Source: Macrostomum lignano (lineage: Eukaryota). Taken from it: a DNA stretch of 64,000 bases. This document shows, one piece after another, positions 18,102 to 32,796 of this stretch (positions within the stretch are counted from its first letter, which is position 1; the number at the start of each line of letters is the position of its first letter). A program made the translations under genes and the position numbers. Below the pieces are notes generated by a model that saw only the letters and a list, made by a program, of their open reading frames with translations, was not told where the DNA came from and searched no databases. The stretch is from positions 1 through 64,000 of the forward strand of contig NIVC01001604.1 in NCBI GenBank assembly GCA_002269645.1, read 5' to 3'.

Positions 18102-21100
18102 CTAAACCCAATATCCACCTCCCAAACCTAACCTCCAGTGCCCGAACGGTAGACTGTTGATATTGTCATCAAAAATGAATCTCTTGTTATCTGCACCTGA
18201 CAGTCCAATCTTCTTTTGCTGAATTGTGTGAATAATATGGTTTTTAGATTGTAGCTTTGAGAACTCATGTGATGTCTTTTTGTTGCAATTCAATGCGTCT
18301 CTGTATTCAGCTTCATTAATTTCCTTCCTAACTACACGTTTCGGAATTCCCTTTGATTTTTTTATTGGGTCTGACGACTCACATTTTATAAAATAGGACT
18401 TTGCTCTCAACCCAATGAATTCAGTGATTATATCACCAGCAATCTCGTCCTTCATTTTCCCAATCACTTTCTTGTTAGTGGCGTCAAACACTTGATCACC
18501 ATTCAGCGTCCTGCAAGATTCGTCATACTCAGACAAGTCAAACAACTCTTTTTGCTGCAGCATGTCCTGATAAATGTCCTCTGTTTGAATGTCCATAATA
18601 AAACTGTCTGTGTCAGTGTACAAGAGTTTCATTTTATCCTTGTACTGCTGCTTCATGCCATAGAAGAACTGGTACATCAAACGTTTTGATTCGTCGAGAA
18701 CAGTGACACCTGTATAGATCGGCTTGCGCAACGTCACCTTGGTTTTGTAAAATATGATCACACCTAAGTAGCTATTAAAGATATGGAGTTCTTTGAATGT
18801 TGGCTTTGACATATTTGCCTGAATAACAGCAGGCTCTGATGAGGTAACAAGTTTCAGGTTTGTTCTTTTCCGCTCATTCTCAAGAGTCTTGCCATAGACG
18901 GAGTTGTTGGCTAACTTAAAGAGGTTCTTGTCAAAGTCGTTGGTTGCTTTGGTCCTAAACTGGGTGTTCTTATCAATGTAGGGTTTCATCCACGCTTCCT
19001 CTGTAAATGTAAGAGCCCTGTGAACTTTGGTGACCCTGCAACCAAGTGAGATAAAATATTGAAGCAGTTTGTAATGGATTTTGTAACGTGTCTTGTTGTT
19101 TAGATTCTGTGTTAGTTTCTCTGTATGTTCTTTTTCTGTTCCTGACAGGTGCCAAGTTCCATTATTATCATTGGGAGTTTCGATTATTTTCGGGCACTTG
19201 ATGTTCTCTGGGAAGGGTGGAAAGTCAGAGAAATAGTCGTGAAGCTCTCGTGGAATGTAAACATCAACCTCATAAATGGCAGCCAATGAAAAGTCCCACT
19301 TTAGTTCTGATGAGGGTAGCCATCGAAAATCTCTAACTGGAAGATCTTGACTCATCGCCCACCCGTAGAGATTATTAGCGTCCAAGTAAGTAATGTAGTT
19401 TGAGGGTTGCTCCTTATTGTAAGATCCAATGTAGGGATTGTTTGCTTTTGCATACCTGTTAACGCAAATTGAGATCCCCCCTCGTTTTGACGATTCGACA
19501 AAATTTTACATGTCAATGTCTGTAAGAAGTTCAATGTACCAATCTGGATCTTGATCCCATTTCATTTTAAGCAAAGATTCCCAGCTAATGGCAGGCAGAG
19601 ACACATAATGTGCTGGATCGAGGCCATATGCTGTGTACCAGGTGTCTCTGAAGGTTTCAAACACATCGGCCAGCAGAAACACATCTGTGAAGAGGTAAAG
19701 CAGGTGATACTGGAAGAAGTTTTGACAATTAAAGTAATTATAGACATGCTTCGCGTGCTCATAGTCTTTGTCAGAGATTCCAGAGTCTGTTAGCTTTGAA
19801 AAGAACTTTTCTTGTGGTGGTAAACCTTCTTCAAATACGTGATACCCAGTAATATTTTCATAGGGGTAGAAGCCTTTGGTTCTCAGGAGTTTAAATGATT
19901 CATCACTGTTGTAATTTTTACTTGCAAACATCTTTGTATATGTACATTGTTCATCTTTTAGATTCTTGCTTAGTTCGTCTAGACTGGCAGCTAGAAATTG
20001 ATATGAATCCTTCAGTCTTATTTTACCTGTACCCGAATTATCCTGTTTAATATCAACACACTTAAACTTCTCCTTGTTCTCTGCGATGCAGTCAAGGTGT
20101 ATGTCTGGAATCATGCCGATTTTTTCAACTATTAAATGCATGTCATAGTTCTTTGCGTTGTGACAAAATATCGTTAGATCATGAATGTTCGATTTTAGCT
20201 TTAGATTACAGGTGTTATGCGCTGCACCTCTAAATTTCCCAGTATAGTGGCAGTGGTCCCTAACGGTGGGGTTTTTAAAATCAGTGCAAGTTAACTGTTT
20301 CCTGCAGATGTGGCAATGAGTTGCTGATAGGAAATTACTTTCATCCTCCTCAGTCATCATTATTGGAACAGGTTGAAGGGTGCTAATCACTTTTTGCAGC
20401 TCTAACATTCTGGCAATAAACTGCTCCACACACTGCTCTCCAAAGAAATAATTATACTCAACAAGTCCTTTTGTATTAATAAAGGCATATGCTACTGAAT
20501 TGGGGACATGTTTTTGAGTTTGAGTTTGTTTTTGTTTTTGAGTTTGTTTTTGTGTTTGAGTTTGTTTTTGTGTTTGAGTTTGTTTTTGAGTTTCTGGCAT
20601 GATTGAGCATTCGAAATCAGCATATACAACAAATGGGAGCTTCTCCATCTTGTGATAGTTCTTAAACCGGAGATACTTCTCTTCAGCTGAAGGAAGAGAG
20701 CAGTTTGTTGGGTGATCCTCGCATGATAATTCATTCTCTGTTAGCTTTTCAAAGCGTTCAGGTCCACTGTAATGCTTAAGGCACAAGCGGCAGATGGCAA
20801 CAGCCTCGTGATGATTATTCAACTGCTTGTGAATGAGTCTTGAAAGATCTTTAACCCAAACATAGTGAGCCTCCTCTAGTAAATTACCAATCACTAGAAG
20901 ATCCACTTCAATCCGCCTTTTCCCCTCAGGATCTAAAACGTCTTTGCTACATCTGACCGGTTGAACTTTCTCAGTTTTTTCACTCCACTCAAAGACTGTG
21001 ATTCTAATTTTGTTATTAAACACTTCTTCTAGCTTTGGGATCTGAGAGATCGCCAAGCCTCCTTTGTCAAACCTGATTCCCTTCTTTTCGCATTCGATGA

Positions 21101-22035
21101 GATAGTAGTTGAAATAATTTTGATAATTTGAGGTTCTTTCGGGGTGGTGAGGTACACTAAAAAGTGCAGAAAGAACTGCCCATAGAGCACAGCAATTGTC
21201 TTTATTTTTAACATTTATGCAAGCTTTTTTGCCGGCTAGCTTGTGTGGGAGCTCTATATAAGAGGAGGCTTTAAGTGGGTCATATTTCATGACCATGACA
21301 GTCGCTCTTTGAATCCCCCTACGACCCATCCGGAACCTCTGGATGTAAACGCTTCAATTTTCTTAGTGACATCTTGAAGGAAAGGATCCAGTGTGTCTGT
21401 AGGGGTGAATGGCTTTGCCTTTGTTGTCATGTAATACTCGAGATGCTCAGTGGGTTTTGCAGGCATATAAAACGCAATCTTGAATGATATCTGTAGTTTA
21501 AAAGTCTTGCGTGTTTTGAGTGTGTGATCAACAACTGATTGAATGCTGTCTTTATAGTCGTAGATGTTTGCGGTGGTATCCTTAATTGGGATCGTGTACT
21601 CTATGTAATGTTCTGTAAACTTCCTCTGTGCAAAATTAATCTCTTCAATGGCAAGCTCCGACTCTTTTAAATGGATTAATTGCTCTAATTTCTCTTGTTC
21701 CTGCTTATTTTGTGGGTACTTTGCTTTTTCACCAGTGAGAGTTTCGTATTTGTTAACTAAGTTGCGACTCCTCTCTTGGTGTTCCTTTGCAGGATTTTGT
21801 ATAGGCGCATACTGGTTGGATTCTAATTGATTGATGATTTCCAACTGTTTTTCATAGCTTCCCAGGTGACCAGGGTCTGTGTTAAACGTTTGTTTACATG
21901 CTTCTCTTAGTAAATTACTTTTTTCTTGAAATGAGACGCCTTTTAAGGTTGTAGGGTAGGGTAAATGAGACGAAAAATATTTGTTGACTAAATCTTTTGC
22001 TGGATTAGCTTTTGGCGTTATTTTCTCTAAAATAA
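18102..22035 (-). pseudogene. polB: Protein-primed PolB, copy 2 (one frameshift near 21315 and in-frame TAA at 19506-19508)
   Basis: ORFs 19506..21329 and 18102..19385 are in the same frame, separated only by TAA; all Exo and Pol motifs present. Confidence 0.95.
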
Positions 22036-22142
22036 AAAAAAATTTTGAGGGTTACTACCCTGATAGAAAAGTTGAACTGTTTCTACATCCTATAAGTAGC
22101 GTTAGGTTTATGAAGCTGGATAAAGTGGGGTTTTAAACCTCA

Positions 22143-22589
22143 TCACATACGCATTATTGTAAACCCAGCATTGTGCAATGTCATGATGGCTTTGACAATG
22201 TCAGACTTGCTTACAGAATTTTCATGCTCACAATCATCACGATCGGGGCAGCCCTCTCCTGCCTTAATTGTTATACCTTTGTCTCTTGCAATCTTTTGCA
22301 ATTCTAGCTGGTGGGCTCTATCATTCCCAGCTTTAACGGCAGTTGCTACACCTCCAGCTACACCACCTGCGGCACTTACAGCGCCTGCAATGATCGGAAT
22401 AAGAGCTGCTAATGGTAGGATTCCTCCTAACTTTTCATCTGTGATGCTGTGTCTTTGTTCATTACACTGAACTATTTGCTGCGTGGGATCGATTTTTACT
22501 TTGATACCTTTAATTGATATAAGACCTGGTTTCTTTGATTCAATGATTTTATTGAGTTTATTGATGGTTCTGGTTTCAATCTTTGTCAT
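22143..22589 (-). CDS. Diglycine/hydrophobic-peptide core protein, copy 2
   Basis: Translation identical to 7532..7978. Confidence 0.7.
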   Translation of the reverse strand: MTKIETRTINKLNKIIESKKPGLISIKGIKVKIDPTQQIVQCNEQRHSITDEKLGGILPLAALIPIIAGAVSAAGGVAGGVATAVKAGNDRAHQLELQKIARDKGITIKAGEGCPDRDDCEHENSVSKSDIVKAIMTLHNAGFTIMRM

Positions 22590-22605
22590 TTTTTATTTTA
22601 ATATT

Positions 22606-23601
22606 TTAATTAATTTCTGTGTCAGCTGGTATCACTAGGAGTTCAGCTCTAGTGAATGACCGTGTGGGGGATTTAGGGTTAAAAGCCTGAGATAAAAAGT
22701 AATAGTCACCAGAGTCGGAGGTAAAATGTCTGTCTATTTTATGTACATCAAGGCTGAAGTATGGATCTGTAGCTCTTCTTTTGGTGTCCTTCTCTAGCTC
22801 TCCAGGTAGATATAAAAAGCGTAGAAACTCAGAGTTTGTCAGTATGTATGGTGATTCAACTCCTGGAAGCTTAGGGTAGTTTGAGGTGTCTGTTCTATGA
22901 GATGACTTAAGATCGACAGTGTCTTGTTTAATTGCATGGGACGGTTTCAATCCAGTCATGCGCGTGACTTCATTGTTCAGTTGCTCTATAACAGTGGGGA
23001 GCCGGTCTGTCCACTTGGTATAGTATTGGCCACCTTTTAGTTTCAGCTCCTCTGCTGTCTGCTTAGTGAATAGCCTCTTGGCTAGAGTTAGATTGAATCT
23101 TTCCACAAAAGCCTGGTCTCTGTGGAGCTCAGTTCTTCCATAGCGAATTTTTGTGTCATACTTATGTAGAAGTGATATCACTGCACCCATGAATTCTTTA
23201 CCCGGGTCCGTCATAAAGATTTCAGGGTAACTAAGGGGTGAGTTTTTATAAATATCTTGGAGGGCGGCTGCAACTGCTTCTGACTTCTTCGTCTTGAGTG
23301 GGCGAGCTTCCTTATATCTGGAAGCAATGTCAATAATTGTAAGAGCATACTTGTAACCTGAGTCATTGGGGAGAAACAATAAGTCTGCTTGGTGCGCTTC
23401 ATTAGGTTTATAGATGCTAAAGTGAGGTCTCGTAAATTGAACAGGTGGGAAATAGACTTGAAAGACAGCCTGCTTAGAGAGCCACTTTTCTACTTTAGCT
23501 TTTGGTTCCTTACTTAGTTCTGCGAGTTTGGTGACTGCATTTTTTCCTACAAAGAATCCTTTGTCACTGTAGTAGAGTTTTTTAAGTTTCTGATCTGTCA
23601 T
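22606..23601 (-). CDS. int: rve integrase, copy 2 (intact, 331 aa)
   Basis: DDE triad plus the C-terminal RSFTRAELLVIPADTE. Confidence 0.95.
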   Translation of the reverse strand: MTDQKLKKLYYSDKGFFVGKNAVTKLAELSKEPKAKVEKWLSKQAVFQVYFPPVQFTRPHFSIYKPNEAHQADLLFLPNDSGYKYALTIIDIASRYKEARPLKTKKSEAVAAALQDIYKNSPLSYPEIFMTDPGKEFMGAVISLLHKYDTKIRYGRTELHRDQAFVERFNLTLAKRLFTKQTAEELKLKGGQYYTKWTDRLPTVIEQLNNEVTRMTGLKPSHAIKQDTVDLKSSHRTDTSNYPKLPGVESPYILTNSEFLRFLYLPGELEKDTKRRATDPYFSLDVHKIDRHFTSDSGDYYFLSQAFNPKSPTRSFTRAELLVIPADTEIN

Positions 23602-23630
23602 TTTTTAAAAATAAAATTTTAAATAAAATA

Positions 23631-24131
23631 ATGCAGCACTCTGGTGGTAAGTTAGATTCACATGGACTGATAGAAAAGCTTCCTCATCCAAACAAAGGCT
23701 GGACACTTCCCGGCTATAAATATTGCGGGCCTTTGAATCCACTTGAAATACAGCTGGATGGAAACAACAACCCAAATCCTGGGCATGAGCCTGTAAACGA
23801 GCTAGACTCTGTCTGCATGTGGCATGACGTTAAATATAGAGATTTTCCTGAGGAGAAGAATCGCTGGGACAAAGAAATGCTTAGGAGACTAGACAATATA
23901 GGGGCTTCAAGCGGATTTCGTGAGTCGATTGTTTGGAAGCTAGTTAAAGCTGTTATTTTTGGTAAAACAAAGTTGGGGTTGGGGGTTGAAGGCGAGGGCG
24001 GGTGCACAGGGAGAGAGGGCTGGTGCACGAGGAGAGAGGGCGGAGGCTCAGGAGCGGGGTTTATTTTGTGCGCTCCTAACAATGAATTGGGAAGACTTTT
24101 GAAAGATATGGGGGTAGAGAGAGACGCTTGA
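23631..24131 (+). CDS. Parvovirus-type PLA2, copy 2
   Basis: YCGP and HD motifs; differs from copy 1 at IVWK vs IARK. Confidence 0.88.
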   Translation: MQHSGGKLDSHGLIEKLPHPNKGWTLPGYKYCGPLNPLEIQLDGNNNPNPGHEPVNELDSVCMWHDVKYRDFPEEKNRWDKEMLRRLDNIGASSGFRESIVWKLVKAVIFGKTKLGLGVEGEGGCTGREGWCTRREGGGSGAGFILCAPNNELGRLLKDMGVERDA

Positions 24132-24433
24132 GTCGGGAAGGGTTTAACTATTATTATTCTCAGCCCTGACCAAATGCGACAGCTGCATTTGAAAAGTCGA
24201 GACCAAAATCCTCTTCGATCTAGCCTCGGGTAAGGCCAAAATCCTAAAATCCTTTAGCCGAAGCCTCTCTCCCCCCCACGCCCACAGCCCAACCCCCCAC
24301 TTTATCTAAACTCGTTGCTCTTGTTGATTAAACTGGCTTCGGCTAAATCTCTCTCCCCACCGAACAAACCCTCACCCCAGCTGGTTATATTAAACCAGAA
24401 GCATAAACCGCCCAGACCTCTTCACTAACATAT

Positions 24434-24997
24434 ATGCCCTCGCCAGCTACAGAAGAGAAACGGTTAAAAGAACTTGAATCCAAATTGAAGCAAGGAAAAA
24501 GAAAGGCTCAACTACTTCTTCGAGAGAGTAATTTTAAAAACATCACTTTAGAGGACATTTTACAACATTGGAACGGATCGGCGTTGAAGAGAAACACTGA
24601 TTTCTTTAAGTCAGTAGAGGTAAGACTCAAGTCTGTGTACCTTTATCTGTGCATTTGTCTGGTACTTTTTTATTTATAGCATTATTTCATTTCTTACATT
24701 TTAAAGGCTGTGTATCAACTGGAAGAAAAAAAGCGTGTGAAACAAAAAGAGTTGGACAGAACAAGATCAGAGAATATCCCAGATGGACTCGAGTGTGGCG
24801 TTTGCCTCGACTGGCTCGCCGACTCCCGACTGCTAGTCTGCGGCCACTCTTTCTGTCGCAACTGTCTCTATCGCTTATACGATGCGGCGGAAAATAACAT
24901 TATCTGCCCTATGTGTCGGATTGCGACGATTGGACAAGTGGATCAACTGAATAGGAACTATTCGGTTGAAGCAGCGATTCAAAGCTGTAGAAAATGA
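24434..24997 (+). CDS. Spliced RING-finger gene, copy 2 (exons 24434-24619 and 24707-24997)
   Basis: Same GT-AG phase-0 intron, 24620-24706. Confidence 0.8.
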
Positions 24998-25517
24998 GCC
25001 CTTCTCTTTTCCTGCTTTAATAGGAAAATAAAGATGGCAAAACATCTTTTGAACTATGTTCTGCTGGCCTCCAACATAAAGAACATCCTTTTGTTTGTTG
25101 GAGTCAAAACATATACTATTGATAAGTCTTTTTTTACTTTGTGACATAATTACTATAAAAAGCTAGCATGATCTTACTAAAAACCACTACTTAACTACCT
25201 CTGTTATGCTCTGATGGGGTGGGTGTTGATTTCAACGGTGAAGAGTTTGTATTGACGTTGATCATTGAGAGAATGTGAGAAAATGCGTTCCCCTTTTAAG
25301 TATGCTTGCCGAGAATAGAGTGGTATGAAAAAATGCGCGCATGTGTACTCAAAATCTCTTACCCCATTCTGGTAGTATGAGGGCGTGGGCCTCGCGTGCG
25401 TGGGAGAGAGGGGAGTGTATGTGTGTGGGCGCAGCACGCGTGGGGGAGAGAGATTTTCACTTTAACTGAGCCCAGCCGAGGAAGAATTCCGTCTCGAGGG
25501 AAGGCCAGAATGCAAAG

Positions 25518-25663
25518 GATTTCGGCCTCGCGCGAGGCCAAAATGAAAACGATTTCGGCCTCGGGCGAGGCCAGAATGCAAACGATTTTGGCCTCGGGCG
25601 AGGCCAAAATGAAAAGGATTTTGGCCTCGGGCGAGGCCAGAATGAAAACGATTTTGGCCTTTC
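25518..25663. repeat. 33-bp palindromic repeat array, copy 2
   Basis: Same as 10905-11050. Confidence 0.9.
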
Positions 25664-25669
25664 AGTTTT

Positions 25670-25912
25670 TTAACGCAATTGTCTAATGATTTCTGCAAAG
25701 TTATAGTAGCTGTCATAATCTTTTACATAGGTTACTCCATACTTATGAAACCAGTGTCTTTGGAGAGCTAGATTAATATTAGGGACATTGATATCAACGT
25801 CGGGCCAATATTTTCTCATGTACTCGCTGCATTCTAGTTTGCATCGGTACTTGGATTTGTACAATGGATGAGGCTGAGTATAATAGGAACCTGGAGAGAC
25901 AACTGGAAACAT
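25670..25912 (-). CDS. Small orphan 80-aa protein, copy 2
   Basis: Identical to 11057..11299. Confidence 0.55.
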   Translation of the reverse strand: MFPVVSPGSYYTQPHPLYKSKYRCKLECSEYMRKYWPDVDINVPNINLALQRHWFHKYGVTYVKDYDSYYNFAEIIRQLR

Positions 25913-27064
25913 TTTTTATTGAGAATTTAATTTTTTCAAAGGGTAAGGACCCTGGGTTAGGGGATTTAAAGTTTTAGGGATGTGGTAGCACGTTGCAAAT
26001 TGAATGTGGGGAGAAGAATACAGATTATTTTCTGATTGTTTCTGGGTGGATGTTAGTGGATTATGTCAGTGTCAGTGAGTATAACAGGTGTTAGTGGACA
26101 CTTGTTATGCTCTGATTCTGTCAGGGATAATATGGATGGATTTAATACGATTATGTTCGAAGTTTTCGGAGCAAGTGCGACCCCTCCCCTTTTTCATGAT
26201 TCTGTCGGGGATAATATGGATGGATTTAATGGGATTATAGAGGAGGTTTTGTGAGCGAGTGCGACCCCCTTTTTTTCTGATTCTGTCAGGGATAATATGG
26301 ATGGATTTAGGTGGATTATGGAGGAGGTGAAAAATTTTGTCCCAGAAGCCCCCTCATGCCTTCTACTCGACAATAATGCAAATTGTACGTTAATTGCCGA
26401 GTTTTTCCGCTTTAATAATGATTTCAGCTATATTTTTGCAGTTATTAATTTTTAAGACCTAGAAGCATTGAAATATAAACATCAGTTTTTCAACATGCAT
26501 GCTTTCACTCCGAAGTGCATCGCATCGCGGCATGAATGCCAAGATAAAACATCTCTATATATGGTCTGTAAATCCATTCTAACACAAATATTGTTTCTAG
26601 CAATAAAGCATGCTTGAACCTTGGCTTTTGATGCGCTGTTCGAGATCGTGACAATTTTAGCTTCGATATGAAGCTCTGCCAGACATCCGAATTCTACATG
26701 TATGTCCTATATGCATGCATGTTAGATAAAGAACACGAGAGCACCTTTCATTCAACGGACTGGTTAACTTTTGCAGCATAAAACGCGGCCTTTGCGACGC
26801 CCGTTTACTCTCTGTCAGAAAAGAAAATTTAAAACTGCAACTCTATTGAGAGAAGCGGCATTGCATTTTTATCGACGCCATGACCGATTTTAAACTGCGC
26901 ACCTGGCGCCGCGCCGCATTGAGAAGCTGGGAAAGAATTTCAAGACAAAATGCGCCGCAACTGCGTGTGCAGTTCGAATTCCTCTTGCTTCGGCAGCTTT
27001 AAAGGTACTTGTGGGTCACCTGCCGCTTTCCGGGTGTGCAGCTGTAGCGGTGTGCTCGCACCGA

Positions 27065-27133
27065 TGGCTGGCATCGGAGATTCGAACTGGCAGCTGCTGC
27101 CATTCCATTAAGCTTAACGGATACACAACCAGC
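27065..27133 (-). mobile_element. tRNA-like head (degenerate tRNA pseudogene or SINE 5' end)
   Basis: Minus strand GCTGG...GTTCGAATCTCC...CCAGCCA: B-box/T-loop and acceptor-like stem; D-arm degenerate. Confidence 0.35.
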
Positions 27134-28349
27134 GTTTTATTCCGTAATGTTCAAACAAAACTACAAATTTTACTTTTTGTGTAGATGCTGCAGAGGGTCC
27201 ATACTTGGCTGATGACAACTGAGAAATTCATCGGATTTTATACAGAACCCGCTTGATATCATTGCATTGATTTCAGTAGCAGCCTTGCGAAGATCCAGAA
27301 AGCCGCTATGATTTCTTACAAAGTTAATGACCAACGACAGCTACGAGGACGACAACAACAAAAACACTATTATCAAAAAACATGATCAACAACAACTATA
27401 CAACAAAAGTATCAACTTCCACTGCAAGTACTGCTCGTTCGTCACCACAACATTTAAAAAAAATTAGTCCTTTGTCTTTGCTATTTAGAAAACCCAAAAT
27501 CAATGATCTAGGGCCTCACTACCAAATCGCCCAGGCTCCATCATCTCGGGGCCAGTCGGGCACCCAGTTTAAAGTGAGGCTGGCTGGAATGCAATGAACA
27601 TGGGCGAGTAGCAAAATCAATCAGAACACAAAAGGCTGCTTGCTTTTGAGCTGGAATTTACGAGACACTGGAGACAGAGTACTTTGCAAAGCTGAGTCGC
27701 TTAGTGCAGCTTCTAGGACATAGTGTCGCTTCTGTCCTAGAAATTTCCAATCCACAGTTCAAGCGCACCCAGACCCAGTCAAATTTAGATCAGCAGACTA
27801 TAAACTGAGACCAAAGATCCCTAACGAGAACAGAGCCCAGTGAAGACACGAAGAACCCGTGACGGCATTGGTCCATGCCGCTTACAAGTTGCAGATTCAA
27901 TCAGAATTACAACTGCACTCACGGCTACGAGCGCGGCTGTACCACTGCGCCAGAAATGGCCGCTTTCGCAAAGAAAAATACAACGGCCCAGCGCACTGCC
28001 GCGCAGCAATAATTGAAGCCGCGACTGAGTCATCAATTATTATTTCCAGAAGAGAAAGATTGCCCGGCGGAGGTTAGAAGAAAGCCAAGAAACAAAATGA
28101 TTTCTTGCACAAGCCTTCGCAAAAAAGCAATAATGAAGGGAGAGCCTCGGATGCGCAGCGGGCCTGACTGAGTGCCGCAGGCTCGGCATGGATGCGAAGA
28201 AATGGGGAGATGCGAAGCCGCTTAGAGGAAGTCTTCGCTGCAGCAATTACTGACTGTAGCACTGCCGCCTCCACCCGCCTGGTTCAGAGGTTTCCAGCCT
28301 GCTAATTTTCTTCGCGTGCCAAGCATTTCTCCATGCCAATACCGATTGC

Positions 28350-28855
28350 CCAGCAACTGACGGATCCACCGGGGTGCAGGACTCAGCAACTGACAGATCC
28401 ATCGGGGTGCAGGACTCAGCAACTGACAGATCCATCGGGGTGCAGGACTCAGCAACTGGCAGACCCACTGGGTTGCAGGACTCAGCAACTGACAGACCCA
28501 CCGGGGTACAGGACTCAGCAACTGACAGACCCACTGGGTTGCAGGACTCAGCAACTGACAGATCCACCGGGGTGCAGGACTCAGCAACTGACAGATCCAC
28601 CGGGGTGCAGGACTCAGCAACTGACAGACCCACCGGGGTGCAGGACTCAGCAACTGACAGACCCACCGGGGTGCAGGATTCAGCAACTGACAGATCCACA
28701 AGGGTACAGGACTCAGCAATTGACAGACCCACCGGGGTGCAGGACTCAGCAACTGACAGACCCACCGGGTTGCAGGACTCAGCAATTGACAGACCCACCG
28801 GGGTGCAGGACTCAGCAACTGACAGACCCACCGGGGTGCAGGACTCAGCAACTCA
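28350..28855. repeat. 33-bp minisatellite (GACTCAGCAACTGACAGACCCACCGGGGTGCAG) x~15
   Basis: Directly visible; period 33 (28380, 28413, ...). Confidence 0.95.
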
Positions 28856-30297
28856 CGTAGCGTTGTCACAACTTTAAAAAATAAATAGACATTTGCAGGA
28901 GAGCTGTTGGGCATACAGAAAAAGGTTAGACTGGTCATTCCGCTGACTCCTACGTGTGGATAGTGTACGCAGGCACGATCAGGCACACGCTCACACAGGG
29001 TGCACAGCGGCGGCATGTACAATCTCTGCGCCTTGGAGGTTGGTCCTCATTAGTGTGAATCGAACCAGAGAGTCAAACGTGTTTACCGCTGAGCTGCTGC
29101 CCCCCCCCCCGCCTTTTTGTTTGTAGCACATGCATCAGCCTCGGCTTGAAACTTGTTACGAGGTAGCCAGGGTCCATCTGTGGGTCTCAGCTTCGTCTGC
29201 CCTACTTTTATTAATCGCTCGTCCCGTGCCAGCGCTGCCGATGGCGGAGCTGTTCAGCCCGTTCGTCTCGTTGCCTGTCAGCACCGCGTAGTCGCCAATT
29301 GAACCCTGCCGAACCAAGCAGTGCAATATAAAGTTGTATATCAGAGCGTCTAAACTCTCAAGCGCCTCCACCACAGTCAATCCCTATCGCTGCGAAATCC
29401 CCCAGTCTGCAGTGCAGGAACCGCATTGGGAGTCAGGATGGGGAGAGGTTAGGAGGCTGCAAGCCCGTAAAAGTGTATAGTTGTCCGGAGAAAGTGAAAC
29501 TTGCAGCATTCAGAGATTCTTGCCTGGCCCCCGCCTGAGAGGGTGGGAGAGTGCCATGGCGCGGCTGACCTGACGGGCTGCAGGAGCCTGGAAATGCGGG
29601 GGGATGGGGCAATGGGAATCACAGACTGCGGGCACCAGTTGCCGTTTGCATTTGCTGATGTCGAACTATATATTCCCGAATCGCTGCAGGCTCGCGGGAT
29701 GGAACTTGGGGAGGGAGGCTCTCCCAGTGTTTCACCCCGAAAACTGCATGCTGCCATCGCTGTGTGTTTGTTGCGAGTGCCTGCCCCGCCAGCCCCATTC
29801 ATGCAGCAGCGGTGGCGGCAGCACACGTGTTCGAGCCGGGCCAGAATGGCCGCACCGAAATCCCCGGGCTGGGAGCGTCCGCTGGTAATCTCGATATCTC
29901 CCAGCACCGGCGCTCTCCCTCCCATTCATTGGCCTGCGCAGCGCGCGGCAATGAAGCTATCGATACGCGCCCGTGTCCCGCCTTATTGCCTGTCAGGTGC
30001 TACAACTTATGAGAGGGGAGTCTGGCTCGAGCCTGACAGCTGGATTCGCTTTGCCCTGCCTTCTTCCATTTCGTGTTTTTTGCAACTTCGCTCTCTCGGC
30101 ATCTCCGCTCTGTAAATCTGCCTCGGCGCTGGAGATGCCCCCTTCCTCCTGCGTCTTCCTGCGTTCTTTAAATCTTTTTTGCTGCGAGGGCGGGCAAATA
30201 ATTACTGGTTGCCCCCGCGTTCTGACCGCTTCCCACGTCCCATACATATGTCCTTGCTTAGTGAAGCGGAAAGTCTGTTTGAGTGTCCTAGTGCCTA

Positions 30298-32217
<1,920 letters not shown>

Positions 32218-32796
32218 TTTTTAATTGGAATTTTTACTTTTCCGAAGCTAAGCTAAGCGAACCAAAATTTTCATTTTTCGTCTTAACATTCAGCATTGAA
32301 GTAAAATTTTCTGGAGTCCGCCCTGAACACAGCAGAGATCCCGCAGAGATGCAGCCGCCCTGCAGGGGGAATATCAATCAAGACTGCGCGCTCGCTACAG
32401 CTGAGCGAATGTGCACAATGGCTGCAGGCTTGAAACAAATTGCCCACTTTGTGGTCTGCGGGCCAGGCGCTTCACCCGAACCAGAGCGGCAGAACACCGC
32501 AGATCCGCGCTGCTTCCCCTCGCTGCTTCCTGGCTCCAAAAATCTTTTTCCCACCTAAGACGGCATCAAGGAAGGAACACCGGGAGGAATTCCCGGTTGG
32601 GATCGGACCCGAAATCCGCACAGTTGCAGCGGCCCGAATTCCCAAGATTCTCCTAGAGATGCTCCAATACACACACGACCTTGTCGCCGGCCCCCTGCGC
32701 CCTCGGAGGCCTTGAATAACCGGGGAGGGGGAGCTTGCCGGATTTGCGAACCGTCAGCTGGAGGGGAAGTGGTCTCGCTCCCCCAATCACCGGCCG

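Larger units (their letters stand above)
16177..26367. mobile_element. Polinton/adintovirus-like element, copy 2 (5'-truncated duplicate)
   Basis: Near-identical to 1579-11755, with the same CTACT terminus at 26367 and the same 337-bp flank. Confidence 0.95.

Noticed and set aside
1-26367. Major capsid and penton genes
   Set aside because: No jelly-roll-like ORF of suitable size is seen in the window. They may lie upstream, so virion formation cannot be confirmed here.
29449-30247. Overlapping ORFs on both strands before the TCTG array
   Set aside because: GC-rich sequence with no recognisable motif and no consistent splice pattern; cannot choose a frame.
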